Shown: piece by piece, positions 16,078-24,403 of the stretch
Layout of the letters: every line of letters starts with the position of its first letter
How positions within the stretch are numbered: the stretch's first letter is position 1
Source: a virus
Virus record (IMG/VR): IMGVR_UViG_3300047173_000017
DNA: 54,428 nucleotides
Reading direction: 5' to 3' (one strand)
Translations under genes and position numbers: made by a program
The notes under the pieces: generated by a model
What the model saw: only the letters and a program-made list of their open reading frames with translations
Told to the model about the DNA's origin: nothing
The model's database searches: none

Positions 16078-16601
16078 CGAGACGCATGTCGCCGAACGGG
16101 GTGCAGCTGCTGTCCGCGTGGGAGGCCTCGAGGCCGCAGGCCTACCAGGACATCGCCGGGGTCTGGACGATCGGGTGCGGGCATGTGATGACGCCTTACG
16201 AGATCGCCAGCGGGGTCATCGTCATCGACGGGCGCGCGTGCAACTGGCACGACGGCCTGACGCAGCCGCAGATATGCGCCCTGCTGGCCGCTCAGCTGAT
16301 CGAGTATGAGGGTCCGGTCGACATGATGGTCACCGACGACGTGAACCAAAACCAGTTCGACGCGCTCGTCTCGTTCGCCTACAACGAGGGCGTGCGCGCG
16401 CTGCAGGGTTCCCATCTGCTGTCGGTCGTGAACGCGGCGCAGTGGGACCAGGTGGAAAACGCGTTCAATGAGTGGATCTACGTGCACCAGGGCAATCAGC
16501 TGGTGCGATCGCAGGGCCTGGTGAATCGCCGGGCCAATGAATACGCCTTGTTCTCCGCGCCGGTTGGCGCGCCGCCGGCCGCCGCGCCGGTCAACTACTG
16601 A
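16074..16601 (+). CDS. GH24 (T4-type) lysozyme/muramidase
   Basis: LLSAWEASRPQAYQDIAGVWTIGCGH...FDALVSFAYNEGVRAL...GLVNRRANE is the E/D/T lysozyme layout. GTG 16074 overlaps the portal stop; an alternative ATG lies at 16086. Confidence 0.85.
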   Translation: MTRRMSPNGVQLLSAWEASRPQAYQDIAGVWTIGCGHVMTPYEIASGVIVIDGRACNWHDGLTQPQICALLAAQLIEYEGPVDMMVTDDVNQNQFDALVSFAYNEGVRALQGSHLLSVVNAAQWDQVENAFNEWIYVHQGNQLVRSQGLVNRRANEYALFSAPVGAPPAAAPVNY

Positions 16602-16665
16602 GCACCGGGCTGCGCCAGCCCAGCGGTTAGACCAGGCGAACCCTACAACCATCCGGAGTTCAACC

Positions 16666-17166
16666 ATGATTATCTATGACTGCATCCGCGAAAACGCGGC
16701 GCTGTCGACGACGGTCGATTTCATCCAGATCATCAGCGGCGCAACCCGCTCCTGCCTGGTGCTCGAGCTCGACTTTGAAGGCGACGGCACCGCTTCAGCC
16801 TACGACGAGGTCGGCGTGTATCGCGTCACCACGCAAGGCACCGGCACCGCGCCGACGGCCACCACGCCGGCGACGCGTGATTCGCCGAACCTGACCGGCA
16901 CCACGCCGGCGCTCGCATTTTCCGGTCTGTTCTACGGCGGCACCGGCTACGGCACGACTCAGCCGACGCTGGCCACGCAGCCGATGCACAACATTCCGGT
17001 CAATGCCAACGGGCAGAGGTACTTCTGGCGCGCGAACCCGAACCTGAACAACGCCATCGTGATTCCCGGCGCTGTGACGGCAGGGGCCGCGGCCGGTTCG
17101 CTTTCCTTCCGCTCGCAGTCCGGCACTGGCAACACGTCGGGCCGCGTTCAAATCGCCGAGCTGTAA
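16666..17166 (+). CDS. Virion structural protein candidate (166 aa)
   Basis: Internal ATG with GGAG 8 nt upstream. Thr/Gly-rich. Role inferred from position only. Confidence 0.6.
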   Translation: MIIYDCIRENAALSTTVDFIQIISGATRSCLVLELDFEGDGTASAYDEVGVYRVTTQGTGTAPTATTPATRDSPNLTGTTPALAFSGLFYGGTGYGTTQPTLATQPMHNIPVNANGQRYFWRANPNLNNAIVIPGAVTAGAAAGSLSFRSQSGTGNTSGRVQIAEL

Positions 17167-17184
17167 TCAAACAGGAGCATTGCA

Positions 17185-18087
17185 ATGACGAACACTGCGG
17201 GTCAGAACGCGCCTGTCGTGATGTACTTCGACGACGCGGGTATTCCCCTGGGGGCGGTGGCAGGCGTTGGCCTGCTGGCCAGTGCGGCGCAAGCTGCGCT
17301 GCAGTCCTCGATTCCAACGGTCGGAACCTACGGCCAGACCCTGCCGAAGCAAGGTGCAGGGCCGGGCCTGAAGTTCAACCAGTTCTCGAGCGCCGTGCCT
17401 CACGGCATCGCACCGAGTGGGACGGTCGCAACCAACGGGACGTACACGTCGGGCACCGCGTTGCCGCAGATTTACGGCGCGGCGGCGCTGCCGGCGGCAT
17501 CGTTCTCGTCTCCGGTCAGTGGCAACGCCGGCGGCGGCGCGTACCTGTACTACCCGGCCACGGCGTTCGCGACGCTGCCGGCCGGGTTCTACTGGACGGT
17601 GTTCAGCTCGACCACGGTCGGGCAGGTCTACTCTGCCGGGCCTGGGTCGGGGCTGGTCACTGGGTCGAACGCGGGCTTCACGGGTGCGACAACGGCGGTG
17701 GCCGCGGTCACGCTCAACATGCCGGCGAACGGCATGGGTGGGCCGAACGGCACCGGACGCCTGAAGGTCAATGCCTCGACGAACAACTCGGCGGGCGCAA
17801 AGACGGTCAGCGCGACCTTCGGTGGGCAGACCCTGTTCAGCCAGGCCGTTACCACGTCGCTCGGATTCAAGGGCGAGGCCTATGTCAAGAACCGCGGCAC
17901 GACTGGCGCGCAGCTGGTCAGCCCGAACGTCGCGGGTCTTGCCAACGGCGCGCAGGCAACTGCCGATTCGCAGCTGAACATCGACACGACGGCGATCGTC
18001 GCAATCGTCATCAGCCTGCAGATCGCGGTGGCGACCGACGTGCTGATCCTTGACAGCTACGAGTGGGCTATCGAGCAAGCGTTGTAA
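17185..18087 (+). CDS. Virion structural protein candidate (300 aa)
   Basis: AGGAG upstream. Ala/Gly/Thr-rich beta-type composition. Positional inference. Confidence 0.65.
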   Translation: MTNTAGQNAPVVMYFDDAGIPLGAVAGVGLLASAAQAALQSSIPTVGTYGQTLPKQGAGPGLKFNQFSSAVPHGIAPSGTVATNGTYTSGTALPQIYGAAALPAASFSSPVSGNAGGGAYLYYPATAFATLPAGFYWTVFSSTTVGQVYSAGPGSGLVTGSNAGFTGATTAVAAVTLNMPANGMGGPNGTGRLKVNASTNNSAGAKTVSATFGGQTLFSQAVTTSLGFKGEAYVKNRGTTGAQLVSPNVAGLANGAQATADSQLNIDTTAIVAIVISLQIAVATDVLILDSYEWAIEQAL

Positions 18088-18094
18088 CGTGACC

Positions 18095-18116
18095 GGGCGG
18101 GCCTTCGGGTCCGCCC
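18095..18116 (+). terminator. Strong hairpin with UUCG tetraloop (no U-tract): attenuator or RNA-stability element
   Basis: gggcgggcc-ttcg-ggtccgccc, 9 bp including one G-U pair, 8 nt after the stop at 18087. Confidence 0.3.
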
Positions 18117-18131
18117 CACTGAGAGGCTGAC

Positions 18132-18464
18132 GTGGCCCTTCAATCTCCGGCTCTGCCGGTCGTGCAAGCGTTCGATGCAAACGGCAACCCGATCGGACAG
18201 TACGCCGGCACGCTGTCGCTCGGCGCTGGCAGCATCCAGATCACGGCGGCGCAGCTGGCATCGCCGCCAGCGTGGCTGTTTAACTTCTTGGCCGATGGAG
18301 GCGTCGCGCTTTACAACGGCTCTCGCTACGTCGTCAATGCGGCGGGAACGGGGCTGAATCAGATACTCGATTCCGGCGGTAGCTGGGCCGCCAACCTGCC
18401 GACAACCCTTCCCGCAACCTCCGGAGTTCTCTGGAACAACGGCGGCGTGCTCTCAATCTCGTAA
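18132..18464 (+). CDS. Tail-fibre-associated small protein (110 aa)
   Basis: GTG start with GAGAGG upstream. The C-terminal ...LPATSGVLWNNGGVLSIS motif is seen at ends of phage fibre proteins. Confidence 0.6.
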   Translation: MALQSPALPVVQAFDANGNPIGQYAGTLSLGAGSIQITAAQLASPPAWLFNFLADGGVALYNGSRYVVNAAGTGLNQILDSGGSWAANLPTTLPATSGVLWNNGGVLSIS

Positions 18465-18472
18465 GGCTCCCC

Positions 18473-19846
18473 ATGAAGCGCATCCTCGCACTACTCCTGC
18501 TCTTGCCGATGCTGGCGTGGGGGCAGAGCTATCCGTCGCCGCGCGTAAAGTCGTTGCTGGCAACGGATGGAACGACGCTGATTACTGCGCCCGCATCCGA
18601 CACCACGACGGTGGCGGCAGGCAATTTGTCACTGAATGCCTATACCAGCATCGGCTCGCCTCCAATCGGCACCGGCATGGCGATGGTGTCTATCGGCTAC
18701 GGAGCAATGCAGTACGTCACTACGCATTCATGCTCGTACTCGCTTTTTGATATTTACTCGGTGGCAATTGGAGAGTATTCACAACAATACGCCGCTGGGT
18801 GTGAGAATGTCTCAATTGGCATTAATACTTTAGAAAATGCGTCGTTTACTGGTTCATTCAATATTGCCCTTGGCAATGATGCTCTCGGCCAAGTAACGAG
18901 CGGAAACGAAAATATCGGAATCGGACACGGCGCGTGCGGTGGGGGAGTCAATACCCTTGCGGTGACGGGAAGTTTCAATGTCTGCGATGGTAGTGGCGCT
19001 GGGGACTATTTGAACGGCGCCGCCAATTACAATCTTTTTGAGGGCTATCTCGCGGGAGCGGGAGCGGCGGCCAATCCGAACAGCGGCTCACTCAATGTAG
19101 CTGAGGGGGCGTTTGCGCTTCAGAACATCAGTACGTCGAGCAGAAATGTCGCTATTGGTTATGGTGCGATGACAGGCTCTGCGTCTGCGCCATTGACCAG
19201 CGGATTTGCTTACAACACCGCGGTAGGATACGATGCCGGTTTAGTAATGCAGGGCGCCGCTAGCGCCAATACAGTAGTTGGTGCAGAAGCCGGCTATGCG
19301 ATTACAACCGCAAATGCTGATGTTATGGTCGGCGTTCAGGCCGGCGTGGCGGCCACGAGTTCAGGTAATACGCTAGTTGGTGCCTATGCCGGGAACAAAA
19401 TAGTTGGGGGTGGCAATAACACCGTGTTCGGTGCTGCTGTTGCGACTGCCACTCTTGTGAGCGGCAGCAACAATATTCTAATTGGCACATCTTCTGGCGT
19501 AGATACTGTTGCATCATCGACGTCGAACGAAATAAATATAGGCGGAGCACTGATTGGATTTTCAATTGCGCCGACGCTGACTAGCGGATGGGGAACAAGC
19601 CCGACGGCGCCGGCAGAAACGTCAACTTTCAGTTTCCATGCAACCGTTGGCGCAACCGGATCGCCAAGCACGACCGGCGTCATTGGCCTGCCGACCGCGC
19701 CGACGTCATGGAACTGCCGCGCCAATGACCTAACAAGCAACGTGACCGCGCGCATGACGGCACAGAGCGCGTCGAGTGTGACGTTCACATGGTCGAGCGC
19801 TCCGAGCAATTCGGACGTTATCTGGTTTGCCTGCAACGCGAACTAG
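18473..19846 (+). CDS. Adhesin/tail-fibre-like repeat protein (457 aa) with Sec-type signal peptide; low-GC gene
   Basis: N-terminus MKRILALLLLLPMLAWG/QSYP (n-h-c regions, AxG site). Repeats of the type NVSIGINTL, NIALGNDAL, NVAIGYGAM, NTAVGYDAG, NTVVGAEAG and NTLVGAYAG resemble YadA-head/fibre repeats. The DNA is visibly AT-richer than the flanks. Confidence 0.7.
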   Translation: MKRILALLLLLPMLAWGQSYPSPRVKSLLATDGTTLITAPASDTTTVAAGNLSLNAYTSIGSPPIGTGMAMVSIGYGAMQYVTTHSCSYSLFDIYSVAIGEYSQQYAAGCENVSIGINTLENASFTGSFNIALGNDALGQVTSGNENIGIGHGACGGGVNTLAVTGSFNVCDGSGAGDYLNGAANYNLFEGYLAGAGAAANPNSGSLNVAEGAFALQNISTSSRNVAIGYGAMTGSASAPLTSGFAYNTAVGYDAGLVMQGAASANTVVGAEAGYAITTANADVMVGVQAGVAATSSGNTLVGAYAGNKIVGGGNNTVFGAAVATATLVSGSNNILIGTSSGVDTVASSTSNEINIGGALIGFSIAPTLTSGWGTSPTAPAETSTFSFHATVGATGSPSTTGVIGLPTAPTSWNCRANDLTSNVTARMTAQSASSVTFTWSSAPSNSDVIWFACNAN

Positions 19847-19847
19847 C

Positions 19848-20066
19848 ATGAACGTCGCACATTTCTTGGTGGACGGCACCGGCTCCCCATCCTCCATGCG
19901 CCTTGTGATGATCGTATGGACGATTGGGCTGCTAGGAATTTGGGCGTCGCTGTGCGTCATCCGCAAGGAAATGGTCGATATCCCGAGCGGTGTCGTGACG
20001 GTTCACGGGCTGGTGATCGGAGGCAAGATGCTTCAGAGCTTTAGCCCTGGGGACCAGGCGAAGTAA
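19848..20066 (+). CDS. Small membrane protein (72 aa)
   Basis: ATG 2 nt after the upstream stop. Hydrophobic MRLVMIVWTIGLLGIWASLCVI and VVTVHGLVIGG. Confidence 0.55.
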   Translation: MNVAHFLVDGTGSPSSMRLVMIVWTIGLLGIWASLCVIRKEMVDIPSGVVTVHGLVIGGKMLQSFSPGDQAK

Positions 20067-20127
20067 TGCCCACGATGCCAACCCTAATCACCCAGTCGAA
20101 TGCGACGCTTGTGCTAGGACTCCGCTG

Positions 20128-20403
20128 ATGTTCTACGACGAGCTCGGTTACTGCGAAACGGCGCTGCCGCCGACGGCAGTGACCGCGCTCGCCACGCGCG
20201 ACGACTGGATCGAGCCGCCGCGCGTGATTCCTTCGGCGCGCTGCACGAAGCACCAGGTGCGCCCCACCGCGTTCCCTCTCTGTCTCCCCACTCCCGCGCG
20301 GTGGGTTTCGACCTGGTGGCAGCGCGCCCCTCCCGCTGACGTTGCCCATACCGTATTCCTTTCAGGAAGGGCGCCGCGTGCGCCCTTTTCGTTGAATGGC
20401 TGA
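20128..20403 (+). CDS. Doubtful ORF (91 aa) spanning a structured region
   Basis: AGGA 8 nt upstream. The first ~55 codons are GC3-rich, but the 3' half runs through a long hairpin and a terminator-like stem. Confidence 0.3.
   Translation: MFYDELGYCETALPPTAVTALATRDDWIEPPRVIPSARCTKHQVRPTAFPLCLPTPARWVSTWWQRAPPADVAHTVFLSGRAPRAPFSLNG
20251..20318 (+). other. Extended imperfect hairpin with a 25-nt pyrimidine-rich loop (possible structured RNA)
   Basis: Outer stem caccaggt (20251-20258) pairs with acctggtg (20311-20318). Inner stem cccaccgcg (20263-20271) pairs with cgcggtggg (20297-20305). Loop: ttccctctctgtctccccactcccg. Confidence 0.3.
20367..20394 (+). terminator. Rho-independent terminator candidate
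   Basis: aagggcgc-cgcgt-gcgccctt (8-bp stem, 5-nt loop) running into ttttcgtt. It ends 2 nt before ATG 20396. Confidence 0.5.
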
Positions 20404-22927
20404 TCCGATCCAGTCGAACAGCGGGCAGGCCAGCGGCACGGCGAACAACGTTCGCACGCTGTCGGGTGTTGCGGCCGGCGACACGCTGGTCGCCTGCTAC
20501 ATCAGCGATACCTCGACGACGCAGCCGTCGGTTCCGACCGACTCGTCCGGGCAGACCTGGACGCTGGGCCAGTTCATCGGCGGCAACAGCGTCGGCGTCA
20601 GCATCTGGTACTTGCTGAACGCGAACAGCGGGACGCACACGCTGACGTTTACCGCGCCAGCAAGCACCACCAGCAGCAGCGCGTGCCTGTCCGAGTTCGG
20701 TCCGGCGACCGCGACCGACGTCATCCCGGCCGGCTACAACGGCAACAGCCAGGCATCGCCATACGCCGGCCTGTCGATCACGCCGACGCAGGCCGGCGAC
20801 ATCGTCGTCTACGCGCTGGGCGGGTACGTGGGCGCCACGATCACCTGGACGCCGGCCACGGGGTACACGACCTGCGGCAGCTTCAGCACCGGCTCCAGCG
20901 ACCCGCCGTTCATCATGGCGGTGAAGGACGTCAGCGGCACCGCGGCCGAGACGCCGTCGACGAGCTGGACCGGCGGGTCGATCTCCGGCTTCGGCGCCGT
21001 GATGATGTCGTTCAAGACGGCCGCCGCCGCCGCACCGCAGCCGTGGACCGATCCGTGGGACTGGCACCCGGACGAGGTCGAGGACGACCTTTGGCAGCAG
21101 CAGCTTGATGCGCCGGTCGGCGCCGGCGTCATTCCGCCGCCGATCTACGACGACCCGTGGCCGTGGCGGGACGACGAAGGCGCACCCGACGATCAGCCGG
21201 AGTGGCAGGACGGCTCGGCGCCGGTCAGTACCTTTGTTGCGCTCGCACCGCCGGACGATCCGTGGCAGCACTGGGACGACGAGGCCAGCGACGACCAGGC
21301 GGTCGACGACGCGCCGATCGCCGCCGAGTCGGTGCTGGTCCAGCCCGCCGACGACTGGGCCTGGGACGAGGACGTCGGCGACGATCTCGCCGACCAGCTG
21401 CCGTCGGACGCCACCAGCTCAGACACGAACCCGATCGTCGCGCCGCTCGAGCTCGACTGGCCGTGGGACGAGGACCACGAAGATCGGTGGGAGGACTGGC
21501 AGGCCGATAGCACCGCGGTCGCCGAATCGCCGCTGACGCCGCCGGACGTCGACTGGGACTGGTCCGAGGACCAGGCCGACGAGGTCGAGGCCTGGCAGGC
21601 CGACTCGACGCCGGCCGCCGAGTCGCCCATCACGCCGGCCGACGTCGATTGGGATTGGAACGAGGACCAGGCCGACGAACAGGAGTCGTGGCAGTCCGAC
21701 GCGATGCCGGTCGGCGCCAACCTGCCAGTCACGACGCCTGGACCTGATGACCAGTGGGACCACGTCGACGAGGTCCCGGACGACTGGATCGAGTGGCCGG
21801 AACCCTCGAGCGCGCCGGTCGTGGCCGACGTCATCCCGCCGCCGGCAGACGTCGACTGGAATTGGGACGAGGACGTCGCCGACGAGGTCCCGGTCGACGA
21901 CCAGGCGATCGCCGCTGAATCGGTGCTCGAGGCGCCTACCGACGAGTGGGACTGGTATGGCGACGACGCAGCGCACGACGATGCACCCGAATGGCAGGAC
22001 GACGCGACGCCGGTTGGCACGTTCATTGCCGGCCCGGCGATTCCTGATGAGTGGCCGCACGACGACGACGATGCCGACGACTGGTGGCACCAGGGGGAGC
22101 CAACCTCTCAGCCGACCCCGCCGGATGTTGCCGGCTACCCGGTCGACGACGCCTGGCCGTGGCAGGACGACGAAGGGGCACCCGACGATCAGCCGGAGTG
22201 GCAGGACGATTCGCAGAGCATCCCGGCCAGCGTGCCGCCGAACCCGGCGCTCAACCTCGAGGACGCCTGGGACTGGTCGGACGCCGACAACCTCGTCGAC
22301 GATTGGGAGTCGTGGGAGGATCAGAGCGAGCCGGTAGGCCTGCCAGGGCCGACCCCGCCAGCGCCCGCTCCGGCTGGCCTGAACCCGCTCGACCCGCTGC
22401 TGGCCGCGCGCCGGCAGTGGGCGAACCTGGGCGTCAAGTGGGGCAGCAAGCCGGACCTGGTGCTGCAGGCCAAGACGAAGGCCGAGGTCCTTCGCCTGGC
22501 GCCGGTCGCGCGCGCGCTCAACGTTGCGCTCGAGCTCGGCCCGCTGCCGGGGCCGGTCGTGGCCAGGATCGCGCCGGACCCGTGGCGAATCTCGATCACC
22601 CTGCCGACGGTCGTCGCGCCCGCGAAGCCAGAGGAAAAACCGGAAGCGCCGCGCTGGACGCCGCCGCCGGAGCCGGAACCGCCGCCGCCACCGCCGCCAG
22701 AGGACCCGCAGGTCGCAGCACTGCGCCGGGAGATCGCCAGCCTCAAGCAGATGGTCGTGGAGGCGCAGCGGCGAGCCGCGATCAAGGCGGCGGAAGCCGA
22801 GCTCGCGCGGGACATCGCGCGGGCGGACGGCGACGCGGCGCTCGAGCGCGTGCAGGAAGAACGCCGAAAGCGCAACCAGCGCATCGCGGCCGAGCTAGCA
22901 GCAAGGCTTTATTTCCGCAAGCCGTGA
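20396..22927 (+). CDS. 843-aa protein: beta-rich N-domain, ~430-aa acidic Trp-rich repeat array, Pro-rich linker, C-terminal coiled coil
   Basis: ORF track. Repeats such as DVDWDWSEDQADEVEAWQADS. Linker PEEKPEAPRWTPPPEPEPPPPPPPEDP. The tail is rich in heptad-like A/E/R/K. Confidence 0.8.
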   Translation: MADPIQSNSGQASGTANNVRTLSGVAAGDTLVACYISDTSTTQPSVPTDSSGQTWTLGQFIGGNSVGVSIWYLLNANSGTHTLTFTAPASTTSSSACLSEFGPATATDVIPAGYNGNSQASPYAGLSITPTQAGDIVVYALGGYVGATITWTPATGYTTCGSFSTGSSDPPFIMAVKDVSGTAAETPSTSWTGGSISGFGAVMMSFKTAAAAAPQPWTDPWDWHPDEVEDDLWQQQLDAPVGAGVIPPPIYDDPWPWRDDEGAPDDQPEWQDGSAPVSTFVALAPPDDPWQHWDDEASDDQAVDDAPIAAESVLVQPADDWAWDEDVGDDLADQLPSDATSSDTNPIVAPLELDWPWDEDHEDRWEDWQADSTAVAESPLTPPDVDWDWSEDQADEVEAWQADSTPAAESPITPADVDWDWNEDQADEQESWQSDAMPVGANLPVTTPGPDDQWDHVDEVPDDWIEWPEPSSAPVVADVIPPPADVDWNWDEDVADEVPVDDQAIAAESVLEAPTDEWDWYGDDAAHDDAPEWQDDATPVGTFIAGPAIPDEWPHDDDDADDWWHQGEPTSQPTPPDVAGYPVDDAWPWQDDEGAPDDQPEWQDDSQSIPASVPPNPALNLEDAWDWSDADNLVDDWESWEDQSEPVGLPGPTPPAPAPAGLNPLDPLLAARRQWANLGVKWGSKPDLVLQAKTKAEVLRLAPVARALNVALELGPLPGPVVARIAPDPWRISITLPTVVAPAKPEEKPEAPRWTPPPEPEPPPPPPPEDPQVAALRREIASLKQMVVEAQRRAAIKAAEAELARDIARADGDAALERVQEERRKRNQRIAAELAARLYFRKP
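21443..21721 (+). repeat. Three consecutive in-frame repeat units (87/96/96 nt) within the acidic Trp-rich array
   Basis: PLELDWPWDEDHEDRWEDWQADSTAVAES / PLTPPDVDWDWSEDQADEVEAWQADSTPAAES / PITPADVDWDWNEDQADEQESWQSDAMPVGAN. Also a 54-nt copy pair at 21158-21211 and 22154-22207 with 2 mismatches. Confidence 0.85.
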
Positions 22928-22963
22928 TGCTATGGTGCGGCGTGTTTACGTGAGTGGAACGGC

Positions 22964-23245
22964 GTGAAGCAACTTGTGCTCGAACCGATCGAATTGCAGA
23001 CCCTTGCCGCCATTGCCGGCGGGCCCGTCGGGCAAACGATCATCGGCATGTTGCAACGCCACCAGGCATCACTGGAAGCCGAGGCGCGGACACTCGATGC
23101 CCCCGCGGTCTTTCGCAATCTAGGAGCGGTGACGGTCTTGGTCGAGATCGCCGCCGCCATCCGGAGCGCGCACGACACCCTCGAGGAAGTACGCCGGAAG
23201 CAGCAAGCCCATGCTATCCGCACCCGGTCCGCGACCCCGGTCTAA
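22964..23245 (+). CDS. Hypothetical protein (93 aa)
   Basis: GTG start; ORF track. Confidence 0.55.
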   Translation: MKQLVLEPIELQTLAAIAGGPVGQTIIGMLQRHQASLEAEARTLDAPAVFRNLGAVTVLVEIAAAIRSAHDTLEEVRRKQQAHAIRTRSATPV

Positions 23246-23299
23246 TGGTCGCCCCATGACGCCGTCCGTAAGCCTGACCCGCTGAAAGCGAATCCTGGT

Positions 23300-24325
23300 A
23301 TGTCATCCGTTCCGAGCGTTTCTCCCACCAGTTTGCGAATCCCGAAGCAGGTCGCAGCGCGAGCGGCGCGAGCCGATGCACTGCTGGCCGAACGGGCGCA
23401 GGCTGCAGATCCACCGCCGTCGGTCGATCCATCAGCCGCGGCAGCACCGAACCCAGCACCGCCAGCCCCAAGCATCGAATCCCTGTTGCAAGCACCGTCT
23501 CCCGAGAAGGATGCCGACATTGCCTACTGGCGCGCGCGAGCGAACGCGGTAGAAGGTATCCGGCGCGCGGAGGCGACGAAAGCTGCCGCACAGGTCCAGA
23601 CGCTACGGGCGGAAGTCCAGGCACTCGCATCGCAGATCGCCGAGCTGCAAACGAAGCCAGCGGCAGCAGCCGCACCGGCCGACCAGCTGCCGACGATCAA
23701 GGTCGCCGACCTGATCTCACCCGAACAGCTCGAGGATATTGGCGAGGATCGTGCAGTCGCGATCATCAACGCCACCATGAAGGCGCTCCTTCCTGCGGTT
23801 CAAGCGCAGGTCCAGGCGGCGACGAAACCTCTTGCCGACGATGTCGCGCGCCGCGCGAAAAAGGATCAGGAGGAAGCCGCAGATGCAGCGGCACGCAAGC
23901 AGACCGCGTTCATCGACGCACTGACTGCCGCACTGCCTAACTGGTTGAAGATCAACGAGGACCCGCAGTTCGTGGCCTACTGCCGCACCATCGACCCTAA
24001 TACCGGCACTGAACGGCAACAGGAGTTGGCGCGGTACGACGCAGCGAAGAACGCGACCGGCGCGATCAATTTCTTCCAGAATTTCCTGAAGGCATCGGGA
24101 GCACTCCCGACGCCGGCGGCACCGCCAACGACGCCGACATCGCAGCCGACGTCGAGCGGTTCAGCGCCACCAGCCCCACCAGGCCAGCGGATCTCGGACG
24201 CGGAAGTTCGCGAGGGATTTAAGGCGATCAACACGGGGATTTGGAAGCCCGGCCGGGACGACGCGAAAATCGCGGAGTTCCACCAGCGGGTCGCGCAGCG
24301 CATGGGACCAGGTCTGCCGAGGTAA
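23300..24325 (+). CDS. Scaffolding protein candidate (341 aa)
   Basis: Immediately upstream of the coat gene. Ala/Gln/Pro-rich with long helical/coiled-coil stretches. Positional inference. Confidence 0.55.
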   Translation: MSSVPSVSPTSLRIPKQVAARAARADALLAERAQAADPPPSVDPSAAAAPNPAPPAPSIESLLQAPSPEKDADIAYWRARANAVEGIRRAEATKAAAQVQTLRAEVQALASQIAELQTKPAAAAAPADQLPTIKVADLISPEQLEDIGEDRAVAIINATMKALLPAVQAQVQAATKPLADDVARRAKKDQEEAADAAARKQTAFIDALTAALPNWLKINEDPQFVAYCRTIDPNTGTERQQELARYDAAKNATGAINFFQNFLKASGALPTPAAPPTTPTSQPTSSGSAPPAPPGQRISDAEVREGFKAINTGIWKPGRDDAKIAEFHQRVAQRMGPGLPR

Positions 24326-24403
24326 CGAAGGACTCAACGACTCAGGAGGGAGGGAGCAACGCGCGGAGATTCCTATGACGCCTAATTCGATCAGGAGATC
24401 AGC

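Noticed and set aside
20250-20330. Possible tRNA, because of the T-loop-like GGGTTTCGACC
   Set aside because: No 7-bp acceptor stem, D-arm or anticodon arm can be drawn. The pairing instead forms one long two-tier hairpin.
20114-22090. Minus-strand ORFs (385, 277 and 223 aa) opposite the acidic-repeat gene; also 24161..25375 opposite the coat gene and 28736..29608 opposite the tail gene
   Set aside because: Same shadow-ORF composition. The plus-strand frames carry the repeat logic or known capsid/tail patterns, with proper coupling to their neighbours.
21030-22330. Possible CRISPR-like or satellite repeat array, because of the periodic DNA repeats
   Set aside because: The repeats are in frame, of variable length (87-96 nt), degenerate at the DNA level and have no unique spacers. 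They encode a protein repeat. No cas genes or leader are present.
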